Virus record (IMG/VR): IMGVR_UViG_2639763081_000004
Coordinates: 3,368 to 67,367 of that record
DNA length: 64,000 bases
Reading direction: 5' to 3' (one strand)
From: a virus
Lineage: Duplodnaviria; Caudoviricetes
A program made the position numbers and the translations under genes. Below are positions 63,310-64,000 of this stretch, one piece after another; the first letter of the stretch is position 1; every line of letters begins with the position of its first letter. The notes beneath the pieces were generated by a model. The model was not told the DNA's origin and did no database searches. It saw only the letters and a list, made by a program, of their open reading frames with translations.

Positions 63310-64000
63310 TAGATACCAGTCGCCGCGAGAGACCGAGATCGAGCGGGCCTTCGCCCTGGGGCGCCAGTCGCCGAACCGTTGGTGGAAGCCGCATGTCACG
63401 CCCTTGGCGCTGGGCCCGTACGTCAAGCCGGGCGGCGAGATTGAAGTTGGGCAGTGGGGCATGATCCCGCGCAGCTCGAAGACGCGGCGGCCCATGACGG
63501 CCGACGGCAAGCCGATGAGCACGAACAACGCGCGCCGTGAGACGTTGGCCAAGTCCTGGACGTTTGCGCCGGCATGGCGCGCGGGCCAGCGCTGTCTGAT
63601 CCCCGCCGAGTCGTGGGTCGAGCCGTATTGGGGCCTCGGGTCACGCAATGTGTGGTGGTCGTTCCGGCGCGCGGACGGGCAACCAGCGGCCCTGGCCGGC
63701 CTGTACAGCGAATGGACGGACCCGGAGACGGGCGAGCTGGTGCCGAACTACACGATGATCACCCAGCCGGCGGACGGCCACCCGGTGCTCGCGCTGATGC
63801 ACAGACCCGGCAAGGAAAAGCGCGGCGTGGTGATGCTGGAGCCCGGCGACTGGGATGCATGGCTGCACGGCACGGCCGCGCAGGCGGAAGCGCTGATCAA
63901 GCTGCCGCCGCTGGGCGTGCTGCGCAGTGGAGCAGAGAAGCCCGAGGAAGAGGCGTTGCTGCCGGCCGAGCAGCTGCAGGCCCTGAAACTCGAGGGTTGA
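63302..64000 (+). CDS. SOS response-associated peptidase (SRAP/YedK/HMCES family)
   Basis: MCNRY N-terminal Cys, WGMIP, NARRET, RCLIPA...E, LAGLY, MH...KR. Confidence 0.92.
   Translation: MCNRYQSPRETEIERAFALGRQSPNRWWKPHVTPLALGPYVKPGGEIEVGQWGMIPRSSKTRRPMTADGKPMSTNNARRETLAKSWTFAPAWRAGQRCLIPAESWVEPYWGLGSRNVWWSFRRADGQPAALAGLYSEWTDPETGELVPNYTMITQPADGHPVLALMHRPGKEKRGVVMLEPGDWDAWLHGTAAQAEALIKLPPLGVLRSGAEKPEEEALLPAEQLQALKLEG

Larger units (their letters stand above)
1..64000. mobile_element. Temperate phage/prophage (lambdoid control region, podovirus-type virion module); boundaries not visible
   Basis: Continuous phage gene order: early-left, cI/cro, replication, terminase, portal, capsid, tail, lysis; no host housekeeping genes. 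Confidence 0.95.

Noticed and set aside
1-64000. Integrase, att sites, rRNA/tRNA genes, transposases
   Set aside because: None recognised in the window; prophage ends cannot be placed.

Overview
The whole window is a temperate phage/prophage from a high-GC betaproteobacterium (Comamonadaceae/Delftia-like by inference). No integrase or att site is visible; they probably lie outside the window. Order: early-left operon (minus strand, 37-11369: DUF2591, orphan C5 DNA methyltransferase, H-NS, DUF2303 pair); lambdoid immunity switch (pL, cI, cro, five TAGGCR-N-WGCCTW operators); early-right replication/nin-like genes; a sorting-tail-bearing surface-protein moron; a podovirus-type virion module (terminase, portal, N4-gp56-type capsid, 2725-aa polyvalent PLxRFG protein, tail genes); lysis cassette (holin, SAR endolysin, Rz/Rz1); and an SOS-controlled end region with a SRAP protein. 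Main unexplained signals: (1) a 7-copy, fixed-spacing late-promoter motif, mostly before apparently leaderless genes; (2) small SD-bearing ORFs nested in the +1 frame of the giant gene; (3) an accessory hotspot (34.7-40.4 kb) with an AT-rich NA37/YejK-like + membrane-protein pair behind a LexA box, KTSC, two more H-NS genes and mini-cassettes sharing one promoter; (4) a perfect 38 x 9-bp coding repeat; (5) several micropeptides below the ORF-track cutoff. Family names come from motif recognition by eye, not from database searches.
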